63,877 nucleotides of DNA, filler included, from Collodictyon triciliatum (GCA_043381765.1; 12 parts of 12 records of this genome joined end to end with filler, not necessarily neighbours in it), one strand, 5' to 3'; counted from the whole stretch's first letter, positions 26,674 through 41,663 are shown. The notes: generated by a model from the sequence alone, not told the origin. Numbers and translations: made by a program.

Positions 26674-27858
26674 ATGACCCGAGGCTCAAGCTTCTCGGCA
26701 TTAATTGCTGCTGTCTTCCTCGTGACCTTGCCCTTGTGTCTTTGCTTTGTTCAGGTTGGTTTATTAGGCAGATATTGTAAACTTTTGATGCCTCTTGCAC
26801 AAAGAATCTTGTCTAGTTTTTATTTTTATTTTATTTTTTTTATAAAAAAACAAAAAAAATAGAATGAAAATAAAGAGGATATTTCCCCACCTATTCGTGA
26901 TGTGTTCACTATATATGTATGAGTTTTGAGCTCAGCCTTTCACCATTACATACTTCTCGAAACACAGGAGGGCGAAATCATGGGCAGATGCGACCATGAC
27001 GAGGTGATGGCACGAAAGGGAGGCCGCCAGTCATTTGGTCGATACAACCAAACATACGGAGCACTTGGCCGTCGTGGAACTAAGGGAAATCTTCGCATTT
27101 TCATCAGTGCAGATTTCAGTGGCATGGACGATGCAAACAGGTGTTTATCGCATTTTGTATGATCTTTTTATCAATGCATGAAATATGGAAGGTCGTCTTA
27201 TTTTCAAAGTCATAAAGTCTGTCGAATATGTCTATATTTACTGAGATTAAATTTATGTGGGTTTGTCATATAGAGACTTATATACCAATACTATTCTCCC
27301 CATGGCTGTTAACAAGCTTTCTGAGATGCTCTATGTTAATCCAGTCCAAGGAAATCTCTTGTAAACCATTTGAAGCATCTATGAGTCTAGTATTTTAATC
27401 ACTTATTCATCATACCAAATTATGTCAAATGGCGAAGAATACGCTTCGCTTTTTGTTAGTCGCTTATTTATGTAGCTAAGCGTCCGAAACGTGAGGAAAC
27501 AAAAAAGAAGGATGAAACCTCACATATGAATATTTTATATTAAGCAAAAAAAAAAATACACATGTAAAAATAAAAACAAATTGAAATATGGTTAAATATC
27601 CTCTATAGCTTACCAAGGGACTGCATAAGTGTGTACAGCAATGGGGCATGCGCCCAGTATACTACATCCACATGTGGCTTCACTACTATCCCGGAGGAAT
27701 ACCTTGGAGCTGGCGCGGTGCATCTTTTTCTTTTTCCTTTTTTTCTTTTTCCTTTTTTCTTTTTTCTTTTTTCCTTTTTTCTTTTTTCCTTTTTTCTTTT
27801 TTACTTTTTTTCCTTTTTCTTTTTTCTTTTTCTTTTTTTTTTGGGGTGGGTTGTTGGT

Positions 27859-27892
<34 letters not shown>

Positions 27893-30885
27893 TTTTTTTC
27901 TTTGTTGTGTGGGTGTTTGTGGGGGGGAGCTTTCAAACTCACACATTATTGTCTTGTCACTCTTTCTTAATTTCACTCAATTATCTATCTATCACTGCTA
28001 AATTGACGACATTCCCTAGCTTTGCACATCCCCAACTGCATGTACTCCTATTCCAGCAGGCACAGGAATTCCAAATGCAGACATAATTATGTTCTTCACC
28101 TATCGAAGTGATGGGTGTAGTTCTTCTGTTTTAGCATATGCTAGTTACTGCGACCGAGACCAAAACGACCGGTGATATATCCTTTCTACCTAATCATCTA
28201 CCACTTCTACTCTTTTCTACTCTTTTCTACTCTTTTCTACTCTTTTCTACTCTTTTCTACTCTTTTCTACTCTTTTCTACTCTCTTATTTGTTATTATTA
28301 GTATTATTATTTCAACTTTTGAAATATGGTTGAGGCTTCAATTATAATATATTTTCAACTTCGTTTAAGTGCCAATAGTGCATGCTATGAGTATATAAAA
28401 TAAGGGAAACCCGCTAACATTTGCTACGATACCACGTTTTCAGTCCTATTGCGGGATACAGCAACATATGTCCATTATTAGTTAGCAGCACATACAGTAA
28501 CCACGACAAGGTCCTTATCAATTGCGAACAATGTTCATAGTATTTGCTAGGCATTTTATCAAAGTAATGTAAAGCCTAATCACTTAATATCATTTTTAAT
28601 GACGCACCCTTTCACCTTAATCAAGGCGATTGTCCTCATCCATGAAATTTCTCATTCATTGGGAGTATCTTCCGGACACTTTCCTTTTTTTCGATATCCT
28701 GATGGCGCACCACGTTCTCCAAGGACTTATTATGGGTATCCTCCTATAGTGGTAAAATTATTGTTTTGTTTCTGAGACCTGAATTTACACATTGTCTAAC
28801 CTCGCAAACAATTCCTCATATCAACCATTTATCCCTTTTTCGTCCAATTTGTCCAAGAAATGCAGGCACTTAAATAGCTATTGTTACTAGGGCGGGTACT
28901 ATGCAGCAGCATCGAATACAGTCAAACAGTTTAATGAAAGAGGTGGATTCGTCAACAAGATTGTCACGCCGCGTGTCCTCCAGGAATTTTCCATCCACAC
29001 GAAATGCCTCAGTATCAATGGTTTGGATTTTTTGACCCCCTCAACTCCCAGTTTCGATTCATAGAGGGAATTATGATAATACCATAATTTGAGTCATGGG
29101 AGATAAATATATATCATGCCTGTCACCAAACGAAGCAGTACACAACTTAGATCTGTGTATCATTTTATTTTATTTTGAATTGCACAAAGAAAAAATTATA
29201 AATTTATACGAATAAATGAGAAAAAAATCAGCTGCTTGAATTTTGATTTTCGTATAATTTCTTACAAACAGTATCATTTTGCTCCTCATCTCTATTTTTA
29301 GATAATGAAAACTAAAGAAAAGAATAAGATGATAATCACGAAAATATTTAATGATTGTGCAATTGAAAAAAATGAATTTCTTTTAAATGCCTGGATCATA
29401 TAATAGGTGTTGAACTGGAAAATGCTGGGGGTTCTGGGACAGCTGGATCTCATTGGGAAGGTCGATTGTTGATGCAGTATGATTTTCCCTATGTAATAGT
29501 TGCCATTAGATTTGATGGCATTATCCATGTTGTCGATACAGCTTTATGAACAATTTTGATCCATCTAAACGAGAAAAAAAAATCCTATATTCAATATAAA
29601 GTTAAACAAATCAAATTTGAAAAGAAGGGCTGTGTTTGTAAAATGATATATTTATGGTCTTTTCCTCTTGTTTTCGGTTTTTTTTTCATTTTTCTTCTTT
29701 TTCTTCTTTTTCTTCTTTTCTTCTTTTCTTCATTTCTCATTCTGTTTTATTTTTATGCCTATTTATTTATCATTTTTTAGAAATATTTTGAGCTGGTTAG
29801 CGCTCCAAATCAAATATAAATAATCCCAGGGACTACATGACTGGCTCGCTTAAAACCAACGCCGTTATATCTGCCATCACCCTGGCCCTTTTTGAGGACA
29901 GTGGATGGTAACTTCAAACTCATGAACTATACTCAATAATCTATCCTTTGAATTGAATCAAGCAAAACAAATGTCATATAATATAGATTTACCCCTTGCT
30001 ATTCATAATTCATATCATTTTATTGTCATCAACAATATGTATAGCTTGCCAAAAAAAATTATATTACATCTTCTAGGTATTACCCTGATTATTCGAAAGC
30101 ATCAACACTTCAATGGGGACTCAAGAAAGGCTGTGCATCTATCAATCAAGCTTGCATTTCAGGAGGTGTTTCAGCTGAAAGTGCCATGTTCTGCACAGAC
30201 CAGACCGTTTGTATTAAAAAAAAACTTTTCCATATTGCTGTGTTTTTGTTTGTATATATTGTTTCTTTTCCTCTTTTTTATTTTATTTTATTCTTATCTT
30301 CAATTTGTGCAAGATGATGGAGGCCTTCGCTTCGATTCGCTAGCCATCATTTACATGTTTATATAATGTTTATTGAAATATTCTTGATATCAATCGAATA
30401 TAACAAGCTTTTTACTGCAACACCACCACCAGTCAGGGTCAGCTTGTCCGTCAGATTTTATGTCCAAAGGCTATTGTGCCGTCTATACATACTCCTCTGC
30501 ACTGCCAGTTCAAAATCAGTACTTTTCAAATCCCAATATTGGCGGTTCCAGCGAGACTGATTACTGTCCTTATGTCAGAAAATACTCCAATGGATTGTAA
30601 GAACTTATATATACCAACCATGCGGATTGCCTTCGCCATAATATTCACGTGTGCATTCGTAGACAATATCACTTTCGTGTTCATAACCATTTCATGGCGC
30701 CCATCAGATGCACCGATTCTTCTCTTCAACCATCAACAAACTATTACGGCGAAACATATGGAGCAGGAAGCCGTTGTATCATGTCCCAGTTGCTCCTATC
30801 CGGCTACTCGCCTGAACCCACGTCACCGGTCGGCCGATGCCACCAAACGTCATGCGAAATGGTCAGCGGCGTGCCGACTCTTAAG
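26674..30885 (+). CDS. Leishmanolysin/invadolysin-like zinc metalloprotease (peptidase M8), secreted or surface-bound, 3' partial
   Basis: Signal-peptide-like MTRGSSFSALIAAVFLVTLPLCLC; RCDHD pro-peptide; HEISH at 28641-28655; ELENAGGSGTAGSHWE; Met-turn DYMTG...SAITLALFEDSGW|Y; QYFSNPNIGG..TDYCP. Confidence 0.92.
28207..28283. repeat. 10-mer tandem repeat (CTACTCTTTT)n in an intron
   Basis: Direct inspection. Confidence 0.9.
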
Positions 30886-31130
30886 GTTGGACATGAATAC
30901 CCTCTCGTCATAATCTCATTCATCCAACATTATGCATTCTGCATACTTTGACATATTTTGCTTGGTGATNNNNNNNNNNNNNNNNNNNNNNNNNNNNNNN
31001 NNNNNNNNNNNNNTTAATTAATTAANNNNNNNNNNNNNNNNNNNNNNNNNNNNNNNNNNNNNNNNNNNNTTTCAATTCCAGCAACTTAAGTTGTAGAATG
31101 CTTTCATTAAAAGACTACTGATGTGGACAC

Positions 31131-34100
31131 CTTTGGATATATCCAGCATGAAGTTGAGTCGCTGGATGTATGGAATCGCCTTCTCCTGGTGCAACACATC
31201 GTACAGACTGCCTTGGTGCATAAGCTCGCAGACGAGACATGGCTTCTCCGTCTCAAAGCAAGCTCCCATGTACAACACGATGTTTGGATGTCTCAACTCC
31301 CTGCGTTCCATCCATATAAATATTACAAAAATATAGTTCATTTAAAAAACAGAACGACGGATACTTTGACATTATGCTCCAAACAGAAGAAAATCTCCAA
31401 GAAAATATATTCATGCCCTGTTTCAAAAGACATTTTATTTTCTGATAACTTACACCATAATCGAGATTTCTCTCTTGAACGATTCCATCTGCTCCTTTGT
31501 CAGCCTTTTCCCGACAATCACCTTAATAGCTACTTCTGTACCTCTCCATTCGCCCTTGAATACCTGCAAAAAAAAAAGAAGCATGGATGAGTCACTCAAT
31601 CATACAAGAGCCACATGGATTCACAAAAATGCCATAGCAAGCCACATTTACGTGGTTTACATGGTAAATTAGCAATTTTTTTTATATTTCATCAAATGCT
31701 TAAACGCGCCTCTCCGAAGCTTCCCCGTCCAAGAAGCTGACCATATGTGAGTTCGTCAGGATTGATGATTCCCATGTGTTTATTCTCAGCGCCCTTCATC
31801 TGCTCAACCATCTTCTTTCGATATATGTATGCTGACACAGCACCGACGACAACAAGTCCTCCGCACACTCCCCCGATGGCAGCAAACGTGCTGATATCTG
31901 ATGAGCTTGAGTCTATGCCGAAAGTCCATTATGAACACTGGTGCACAACAAACTAGATATGATTCCATCAGAGCATATTATCGTGTTTATGTTATCTGAT
32001 TTACTGTTTAATAATGAATATGTTGATTGAATGGCAATACCTTTTTTGCATTCCCCCTGAAGAAAAAAAGAAAAATTTGTTCAGTCGCCTTATCAGTTTG
32101 TATATCACGGCAAAGCAAACTTTGGAACGATAAAACATTCAGTTGCGCAGAAATAAAATCGCTTACATTCTCCATGTAATATCCTGCGTCACATAAACAC
32201 TCTGATGCTTCTTCATTAAAGCTGGAGTGTTGTGGACAACCTGGTACGAGGTTCCAACGAGCAATAAAAAAAAATGTGTAAATATAGCGTAAATAGCGTA
32301 TATCTCTACTATCCTGCACAAAATTGAAAGGAAGAATAAAAAAAAAAAATAGCATAAATAGCGTATCCACACTCAGTTACAATATTCACAGGCGTTTTTG
32401 TATGAAGAGACAGGTACATACTTGCATGCGTGATTGTGAACCCTTCACAGTTTTCGCATGGACCATTCTTTTCTCCTGGCTTCGCCTCCTCCACCACAAA
32501 CTGAATCGTGAATCCGCTGGACGAAAAATACTCTGCCTTGGTCTCACCGTCTTCGGTGCTTATTTTACTATGTGTGATTGGTTTCCCCTCTTGTGTAGAT
32601 ACCACATCGACTCTGGTATTTGGAAAATTATGACCTTGATATGAAACAAAAGCACCCGGACCTATAAAAGAAGGAAGAAAAAACAAGGAAAATATGCAGT
32701 CTCCATCAAACCTATCTTGTTTTCTGATGCGCTGCGCGATGATGATGTGAGTTGTGTTTGGTAGAATCCATGTGCAGTTTGTTCCCCGCAAATACATCCC
32801 TTCACCGCTCCCATCTCCAAAAGTCCCGCCTTTCACACCACTTCTGATGTATTCGGGTGTGTTGGAGCAGAATCCTACACCAAATCCATGAAATCTTTAG
32901 AAACACGATTATCACAGCATCGTCTAATAAATTGACAAACACAAAGATGACGTAATACCCGGTTTGTAGAAGACCACTTGGTTGCTGATAGAGTATCCAT
33001 TTGCTCCTCCAAAGCTAATCATACCGCCTTGCATACTTCCGCCGCTATGTTTTGTAATGGATTCGTAGCTTGCAATCACGTTGGACTGAAGAAGTTTCGC
33101 TTGCCTCTTGAATCCTGGGAACGTTGATTTTGAATAACACAGGTGTATACTTACTACGAGTATGGTGTTGAAATGAGACACAGACTGTGCTGACTCATGA
33201 CAAGTGCACTTCTCTTTGATGCTTGGTCTAGTCCATGAGCGATGCTGTATCCTCCAAATCCTCCACAGATGTGGTTCGAAAGCGGGACTGGTACAAAGTC
33301 AGAAACATACTCCGTCTTGTTCCAAAGGGCCGATGCTGACAAGAACACATCCATTTAGACATTGAATAAAGAAAAAACATGCGACTAATTTTCATACAAA
33401 AAAATCGCACAATCATGGATACTGAAAACAGAGAGGGAAGCATCTTCAAACAACATATCATCACAACCTGTGTCGTATGTCCATGCGTCATTCAGTACAT
33501 TTCCAGAGAAATCCACTCCTCCATACATAAACAATTTCGACTCGTCGATTGCACTAGCGCAATGATACAGCCGTCGGTTCTAATCCCATTATTTTCGTTG
33601 TAGTTAAAATATCTGGAAATGACTCTAATTGAAAGGCATGTTCTTTATGTTTACATAGGAATGCTGTATTCTCCTTACAGGCGTTGCTCCTGCGATGGAC
33701 ATCGACTCCATACTTCGCCTATTCACGCCCAGTCTCACGGATGCGGAGTAGAACTCTGTTTTCTTTGTGCCCTGAATAATCTGCTTCGTTGAGCAAACAA
33801 ATGCTTAGACAATTGAATATGCTCATCAAAACTAAAAAGCAAAAAACAAACAGCAAAAAGCAAAAAGCAAAAAGCAAAAAAGCTGCATATTAATCAGTGC
33901 ATCGACTTCCCATTGAAGTTGTCAATTAACTCTCATAACCTGCCCTCCCCACATGAGGATATCATTGCCAATCAGCACAGAGACCATCCCAACTCTGCTC
34001 AACGGCCGCTGGAATGCAGAGAGTTTGTTTATGTATTCCATCACACCCCATTTCTTGGTTTCTGTGTATTAGGATATGATAACTCATTAGAAGACAAGCA

Positions 34101-36159
34101 GAACAAACTAGAAAATGCAGCAAAACTGTGTAAATGCACAATCAGTAATATAGTTTGTTGCCAAATTACCTATGTCCAGCTCCCAAATCCTATCATCTAG
34201 AATACCGACTTCCATGCGTCCGCCATATACATACAGCCTCTTCCCCATGAACGACACCAAACCTCGTGCCCTTGGTGGAATAACTCCACTTTCCGATGAC
34301 CCGGAATACACACATGTCCACTTTTGCTTTTCTGAAATAAAAGAGAGCGATTGTATAAAAATCTTTGAACTTCAGATATACTCATTGGTCGACCAACAAT
34401 TACCGATGTCGAAAGTCCACAGGTCGTTCAGTAAGACCTCTTCGATGTACTCTGTAGCTCCTCCAAAGACAGCAAAGATTGAATCGGAGGCCTTGGTGAA
34501 CCCAGACTCTGTTCGGTGTATCGGTGCTCGTGCGATTGAAGTGTCCGACCATGTTCGAAGGTCTGTCGAGATGGGTGTAATTGCATCATGTTTAAGTGAA
34601 AGTGCGATGATGTGTTGAGTATGCTTGAATTTAAATGACATTCCATCGAAACGACAATCCTTTTCATAATAAACAATAAATTACTTGCATCCCATGTCCA
34701 CACGTCGTTGCTTACCATCCCGCTTCTGCTCGCACCTCCAATCACCATCATCATGTGCCCAGCCGTGACATGGACAGCTCCGTATTTCGGAGGCGGGGTC
34801 GAAAGCGGAATATCTGGGCTTGTGAGGCCGTAGTTTTTGCGGAATACCACTTGGTTGGTGGCTACAACAAATAAATAGTTGGTATTGTGCTGATATAAAA
34901 TCGATACATTAATGCATGCAGGGCAGCAGATTCTCACCCAAGTCGATGATATTGATGTCTTCAAGAACTTCGCCTTGCTTCATCCCTCCGAATATGTGCA
35001 GCTGGTTCGCAAAGTGTCCGTATGCAAACCTCTGTCTTGCAAAGTCACACATGCCTCCCTCTTCGTCGCACTCCACACACTTTTGCACAGAGACCGTGAT
35101 GGACCCAACTTGGGTCTTCTTGTCTGAGGGAGGAACCATAGAAAAGAACGGAAATTAATTACAAGGGGTTTGAACATCATAGTTTGCGAACGAGACAGCC
35201 TTTGATTAATCAAGAATCTCGAACCCATATCAAACGCGAAGATTTGATTGCTATCTCGGTGTCCATCGGTTCCTCCAAAGAGAATCATCTTGTTATTGTA
35301 AATCAACATAGACCCGAATGCCAGGTGCACGTCGTTTCCAAAAAAATCAAGCAAGCTCCATTTGTCGATATCTACGTAATTTTAAACCAAAGAACATCAT
35401 TCAGAATGGAAATATAAAGGAAAAATAAAAAGAAAGAAAATAAAAGAAAGAGAAAAGAAAGAGAAAAGAAAGAGAAATCACAGCGACCAGACAGGAAGGG
35501 TTTAAAATTTGTGAGTCAATCCACCTGGTTCGTATTTGTACCCCACACTGCTTGTTTCTCCATTTCTCTATGCAAAAGAAAGGAATTATGTCATGTCATT
35601 ACATTTGTTAATTGCATAAAAATTTTCTATGAATCCAGCAAATTACATTCATTCCCCCATGGATATATACTGCGTTCCCTTTGTTAGCGCATTGTGACCC
35701 AGCCACCTGTATTTCCCTTGGTGCTTTCCCTTTGCGAATCCATCGTTTTGCAGACGGACTCATCAAGTAAGCGTGCTCGTCGGTTTCCTTTGTTTGACCT
35801 CCCACCAAAACACCATACTTTTCCATCCCGATAAGACAAAAGTGTACTCTCGCAGATGGAACATCTCCCTCCATCGATATGCGATTCCATTCAGACTCCA
35901 CTACATGGTTAGTTGATTTCATCCTCATAATTTGATAATCAAACCATATGGCGGTTTCCATTCAATCATATTATAACAACAAGACTAACCTGGACTGCCT
36001 GTAGAGTACACTGTATTCATTTGATGGTACTTGCTAAATTCTCTCACATCTGACGATAAGCTTCCACCTGCAACAAATATGTTCGACCCAATCACGCAGC
36101 CGCCTCCATATATGATTGGTGGTAGTTGCTTCGACAGCTCGACAGATTCGCTTTGTTTC
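31131..36159 (-). CDS. Receptor-like kinase: many Kelch repeats, CUB domain, EGF-like module, TM helix and TKL-type kinase N-lobe; partial at both ends
   Basis: Kelch: GDVPSARVHF...LVGG, VYIHGG, ILFGG, LHIFGG, LYVYGG. CUB: GMYLRGTNCTWIL...GFTI. EGF: CPQHSS...CLCDAGYY. TM: FAAIGGVCGGLVVVGAVSAYIY-RKK. Kinase: LGRGSFGE|VFKGEWRGTEVAIK...FKREISIM|VELRHPNIVLYMGAC. Confidence 0.87.
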
Positions 36160-39100
36160 NNNNNNNNNNNNNNNNNNNNNNNNNNNNNNNNNNNNNNNNN
36201 NNNTTAATTAATTAANNNNNNNNNNNNNNNNNNNNNNNNNNNNNNNNNNNNNNNNNNNNAGATTAATCGACTCATCCTTCTTCTCAATTTGATTTTCATG
36301 ATTACTCTACTAAAAATTCTTATTGATAGGATTTCTCGGAAAGATATAGTTGGCTAATATAATAGTGAGGGTTAAGACTCCACCCTTGATTACAATCTTG
36401 TTTTTTAACCATCGAATGGTATAAAATAATGAATTATTAACTATGTTCACATTTGAAAGTAAGAATAAAGGTAAAATAATGTGTGAATCATGAAAGACGA
36501 CGCTTTTTGATACTAGTGGTTGCTTCTAGATTATGAATCATGTTTTTTTAAAAAAATAAATCAGAGAACATAGAAATAATTAGTTTAGATCATTCCGACC
36601 CATTAGCCAAATCGTGCTTGAATGTTCTTGATAAAAATTATTCTCGTTAATTTGATCAATCATTAATACAAAAATGCACTCAAATAATCCAACAGCTGAT
36701 GCGAAAGCCTTCCATATTCCCTTACTTACATACTTAGCCTCCAAGGAACGGTACCAAAATGTAAATGGAACAGTTTTTTTAGTGATAACCTTTCCGTAAT
36801 TGAGAATTGTAAATAATTGGGAGCCATAGTCTGAGCTGAAAAAAAAAACACATATTTTACAAATGATTATTAATACTTACAGATGAAAATGTCGATTGCA
36901 ATTACTATGAGACTTGGTCAGTCACAGTTCAGTAGATTTTGTAAATGGTTCGACAAGTCTGTACACTTTTTGCATCAATTCAGATTTAGTCAATATGATA
37001 TAGAATACTTGCCTTTTATGAATGTGGTATAAGTAAAAAAAAAAAAAAGTGAAAAATATGAAATTAGCACTTTAAATGTTTAACATATGACAAAGAACAG
37101 GTGGCTTCATGACCCATAGAACAGTCTAACTTTCAAATCAGGCATATTTCGAGAAGATGAATCGTATTGTCAAAGTAAAGAATAGGCGGTGGACGCAGAT
37201 CGCCTTGGCTTCCTGTTATTCAATCTGTCTAAAAAAAAATAAAAAAATTGTTTTGCGTGATATAATCAATTTTGAAACACGAGTCATGCGCGTGTACATA
37301 TAAGAAATACTCACAGAAAAAGGGCGAGATCTTTCTGCAAAAATGGCGTTTCAGTCATCAGTTCCAGATGTGAATATATGCGCTTTAATCTCACATTTTG
37401 AGTGGAGGGGAGGGGTGTGTGGGTTATTTGGAAATCTTCAAAGCTACCAATCCTGCAAAAAAAAGATCTTATTTTAGCATGGGTAGAATGATAATGTAAA
37501 CCCCCACTTCCTTGAATTGAATGGAGAGAAAAATTGCATAAATATGAGTGCAAAGCTCACCATATAATAATTCTCTATATGTTGTCAAGAGGCCTCGAAC
37601 GGTGAGTGTGAATAGGTAGTGCCAGTGCGTTGTTTGTAGTCTCATATGTCCGGGGGAGGGGTGGTGTCTGACGTATCTCTTTTTGGTGCGGGTTCATGAC
37701 ATGAACATTACAGTTAGCCAGCTCTCTTAACAATTACCGCTATTATTCACGTTTATATACATAACTGAATATGATTCCTGATACGAATTCGGACGGCATG
37801 ACGGAGGCCCAAGTTAGGATGTTTCTGGTTTCTATTGATATATCAATACTTTTCATAAAATGTATGAAAATCTAGAAGCGTCGTATGAAGTTGCTTCACT
37901 GCCAAAGGGAAACTCTTAACATAGAAAATTGAGACTGTTTTAAGTAAGATTAATCAACGACAAAAGATATTCGTCTTTATCTATAAAACATTTAGATTAC
38001 TGACTGGCTGCTGTCAACGCGGCATTACAGCGTAGATGCATGTTCCTCCAATCCAAACCAAAGACTTTCACTAGATGATTCTTGAATATGTACAGTAGAG
38101 AAAAATTAATCTGGAAGCTAGGTGCCACTTTTAATATCTTGCGTGAGCATTTAATTTTATATTCGTATGTACCTTGTATTTGAAGGAGCCGCGAGAAAGT
38201 CAAGTCCCAATCTCCTTAGATTTGAAAATTATAGCTTTCTCAATTTGATTTGGTATTTTTTTGGATGATTGGACAAAGACATACTTTCTTCCACACACAA
38301 CACACCCAACACCCCCACCGTACGTTCTTAGACCTTTATTTCAGGCCATTGGAAAGACTAGAAGCCGCCAATCCACCACCCCTCCACCCTCCACCCTTCC
38401 TAAGTAGTAGATCGAAAAAGTTCCCTTTCCTACGGATTTTTGTCTTTTGTGCCTTTCATTTTCAACTGTATCTGAGTTTTTTCCATGACTTTAGTTTGGA
38501 CATTTTCCGATTCAAAATGAATGACTAGTGCTTAGTATGATATATTGAATATAATAATGGGACTTTTCAGTTGGCTCTCGATGTAGCCAGATTGAACCAT
38601 TTATCGACAAAAGACCTTTGACATAGAATGAAGTTTATTTGATAAAAATTTTGCTAATTTTTTTGTTTTAGGTATTTATACATTAAATATGTGCGTATTT
38701 GATTTTCTATTTTTGAATATTAATCATGTGATCAATTTTCTGTCATATAACATTATTATTCTACTCATATTTTCAATTATTAGAAGTAAAACATAACATG
38801 TTCGCTACATAATAAAATTTGACAGAGACCATACTGTTCTACTCTCAGAATACTAATGAAATATGGCCTAAAGGTTGCACTATTCTCTAAGATGTGCGAT
38901 GAATATGTTAATTATGAGTTTTTTTAAATGAATAAAATTTTCAATGTGCTAAGAATTTAATCTATGAAATAAATAAAATAAATATTCTTCAAAATAGGAA
39001 TCGATCAAAACTCACAGTATGGCTTGTATAGACCAAAAAACGCGAGCGCAAAGACCCGTGTGCGATGAGATGGAGGAAAATGAGCGCTTTTTGTTAGTTC

Positions 39101-41663
39101 GTCAGGTACTACTATGAAAAGGTTTTGTTAGAGTCCACCCTGAGAAAGCATTATATTATTCTAGTAGCTAGAATTTTGTATGAATTAAAAAGATATATGT
39201 TTTAATTCTATTAAAATCCTTTTAATGTCGTTGAATCAGCCACTCTTGTTTTACGAACATCGTTTCTTTTAATTCATACATCATCCAATCTCATGTGTGC
39301 GCTATGAAGGGTTAATGTAAAGTTTTACCAAAAAAAAAAACAACCAGACTATCGTTTACTTAGAATCACAAAACCAAAATTCATGAGGATAAAGTCATGT
39401 AAAGTACATCATACTTGAATTTGGCTGATTGGAGCATTATTCTTTTGACTAAAAGTACTAGGTTGAAAGGAGTATTATTTTCGTACCATAAGAAAGAATT
39501 ACCTTTTTTTTATGTTTCCAAAATATTGAATTATAATGTAGTGACTAATTTAATTATAAATAAAGTATATTTCTTCGGAGTCTGCCCAATAAATCAAAAA
39601 CATTATTCTTACCGATTCCATAAATGTTTTTTTGGCAGAATCTATTCAATTTTGTTGGCTGTCTGTTCTAATCTGCTGAATATTAGATGTGAATAAGTCA
39701 ACGAAATCGATTTTTGGAGTCATATAAAGCTAACGAATAAAAAGAATGTAATAGTATATATCAAGAATAGTAAAGAAAAAAATCAGCTTTTGGTCATGCA
39801 GATTTTATCCTCTTCTTCGGCGATAGCGAGCATTCGAGTGAACTATTAATGTTACGAATCAAATCAATTTTATTTTTCATGATTCTACATCATATGCAAA
39901 GTATAAAAAAATTCTAGTTCATCTGATAGAAATAAGTGGATGGTTTCTTTTATTCTTCCATTCAATTTTGTGCAGGATGGTGAGGATGTTAGCTTTAGAT
40001 AAGTGGATGGTTAAATATTCATTTTTACCCATCAATTGTCAAATTTACAGCCTCAGTCACAGGGGATGCAGTCACTGGAGATGAATTTTTCCTTTTTTTA
40101 TTTTTTATTTTTATGGGCCGCATCCTAATCATTTTCTCTATCCTAAAGGCAAATGTGGATCATTTAGGTACTAGTTTGTGTATACGTGAAAAAAATGTAA
40201 ATATAGATATGTTTTAATGTGGCATACGATTGATAAGACTTAATATATAGTAAAAGGCTATCCAACAAGATTGATTATTAGCCCTTACTCATCATAAACC
40301 CCTCAGGTGCACGAAACGATGAGTAGCTTAGTCGATAATACTGATAGTAAACCTCCTGGCATATTATATTCACGGAAATATCAAGAAATAAAAAATAATC
40401 AAGAAATAAATATGAAAATAGCAAGTTTGGGTATAGTATGTGGATGGCGAATTAAAAAAAATTCGCCAATATGTGAGTCTCATGATAAAGGCAGTTTCCA
40501 GAAGAATGAAGATAATAGATTTGAAGAACCGATCTAAAAGCAAAGATCTGACTAAATAAGATGTACTTAAAGCCTGTATCTGTGGAAAATCCATCGAAGT
40601 AAGCGTGATGCGAGCAGCACAGGGACCAGAGACTCAATCGCCACCGCGCCTGTGCGAAGCGTCACAAACTGCATGAGATAGTGTTAGAAACTACTTCCAA
40701 CTATTAATAATCATGTAATGAGAAATTAACTCAAGCACTAATGATGGTAGACTTAAACAAAGAGAAGACATGGGAAGAGGGAAAGATCACATAATATGGG
40801 TGCGTGACCAACAATGCTCTGCAGCAGGAAAGGTTTTGGCGACCCAAACAATCACAGCTCTCATTGACTAGCGAATAGTAATAGTATAACGAACGATGGC
40901 CCAAACAAATTGGCACATAATACTAGAATAGTTTAATTCATAGTTATTTGGGAATGTAAATGTGTTTTCTGGATAGTTTCGAGCTTTTGTTGATAAGTAA
41001 CAACATGACCCAGAGGTTATATAACGCGTGGAGAGGGCCAATCGGAGAGTTTTGCTGAAAGGACTCATTTTCTGCCATTGCTGGTATCTTCAATAGTAAC
41101 TGTTATGCGCCAGCGTTTGATAGACTGTCCCACCCTCGATCGACTCTTGATTTTCTGGCAAATGTAAATGTCGCGCTTAGGTTCCACTTTGTGTTTTGTT
41201 TGATATAAAATAAGGATTTGTTTTCGTGTAAGGTTTTTCAGTTTGTTTGGCCTTGTGACGTTTTTTTCTTTTTTCTTTTTTTCTTTTTTTCTTTTTTTCT
41301 TTTTTTCTTTTTTTTTCTTTTTTTTCTTTTTTTTCTTTTTTTCTTTTTTNNNNNNNNNNNNNNNNNNNNNNNNNNNNNNNNNNNNNNNNNNNNTTAATTA
41401 ATTAANNNNNNNNNNNNNNNNNNNNNNNNNNNNNNNNNNNNNNNNNNNNTTTTTTTTTTTTGTTTTTTTTGTTTTGTTTTTTTTGTTATGTTTTTTTTGT
41501 TATGTTTTTTTTGTTATGTTTTTTTGTTATGTTTTTTGTTATGTTTTTTGTTATGTTTTTTTGTTTGAAGCAAGAATCATATTCATAATATGGTATTTTT
41601 CGGATAAGCCTCTTTTTATCTCGGTAAATTTTGCTTTGTCTCACTTTATATTTAACCCGGCAG

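Noticed and set aside
36260-41349. Scattered exon-like blocks (e.g. 37314-37451 minus; 40870-41160)
   Set aside because: No recognisable domain, and stops in candidate exons. Possibly a decayed gene, but not supportable.
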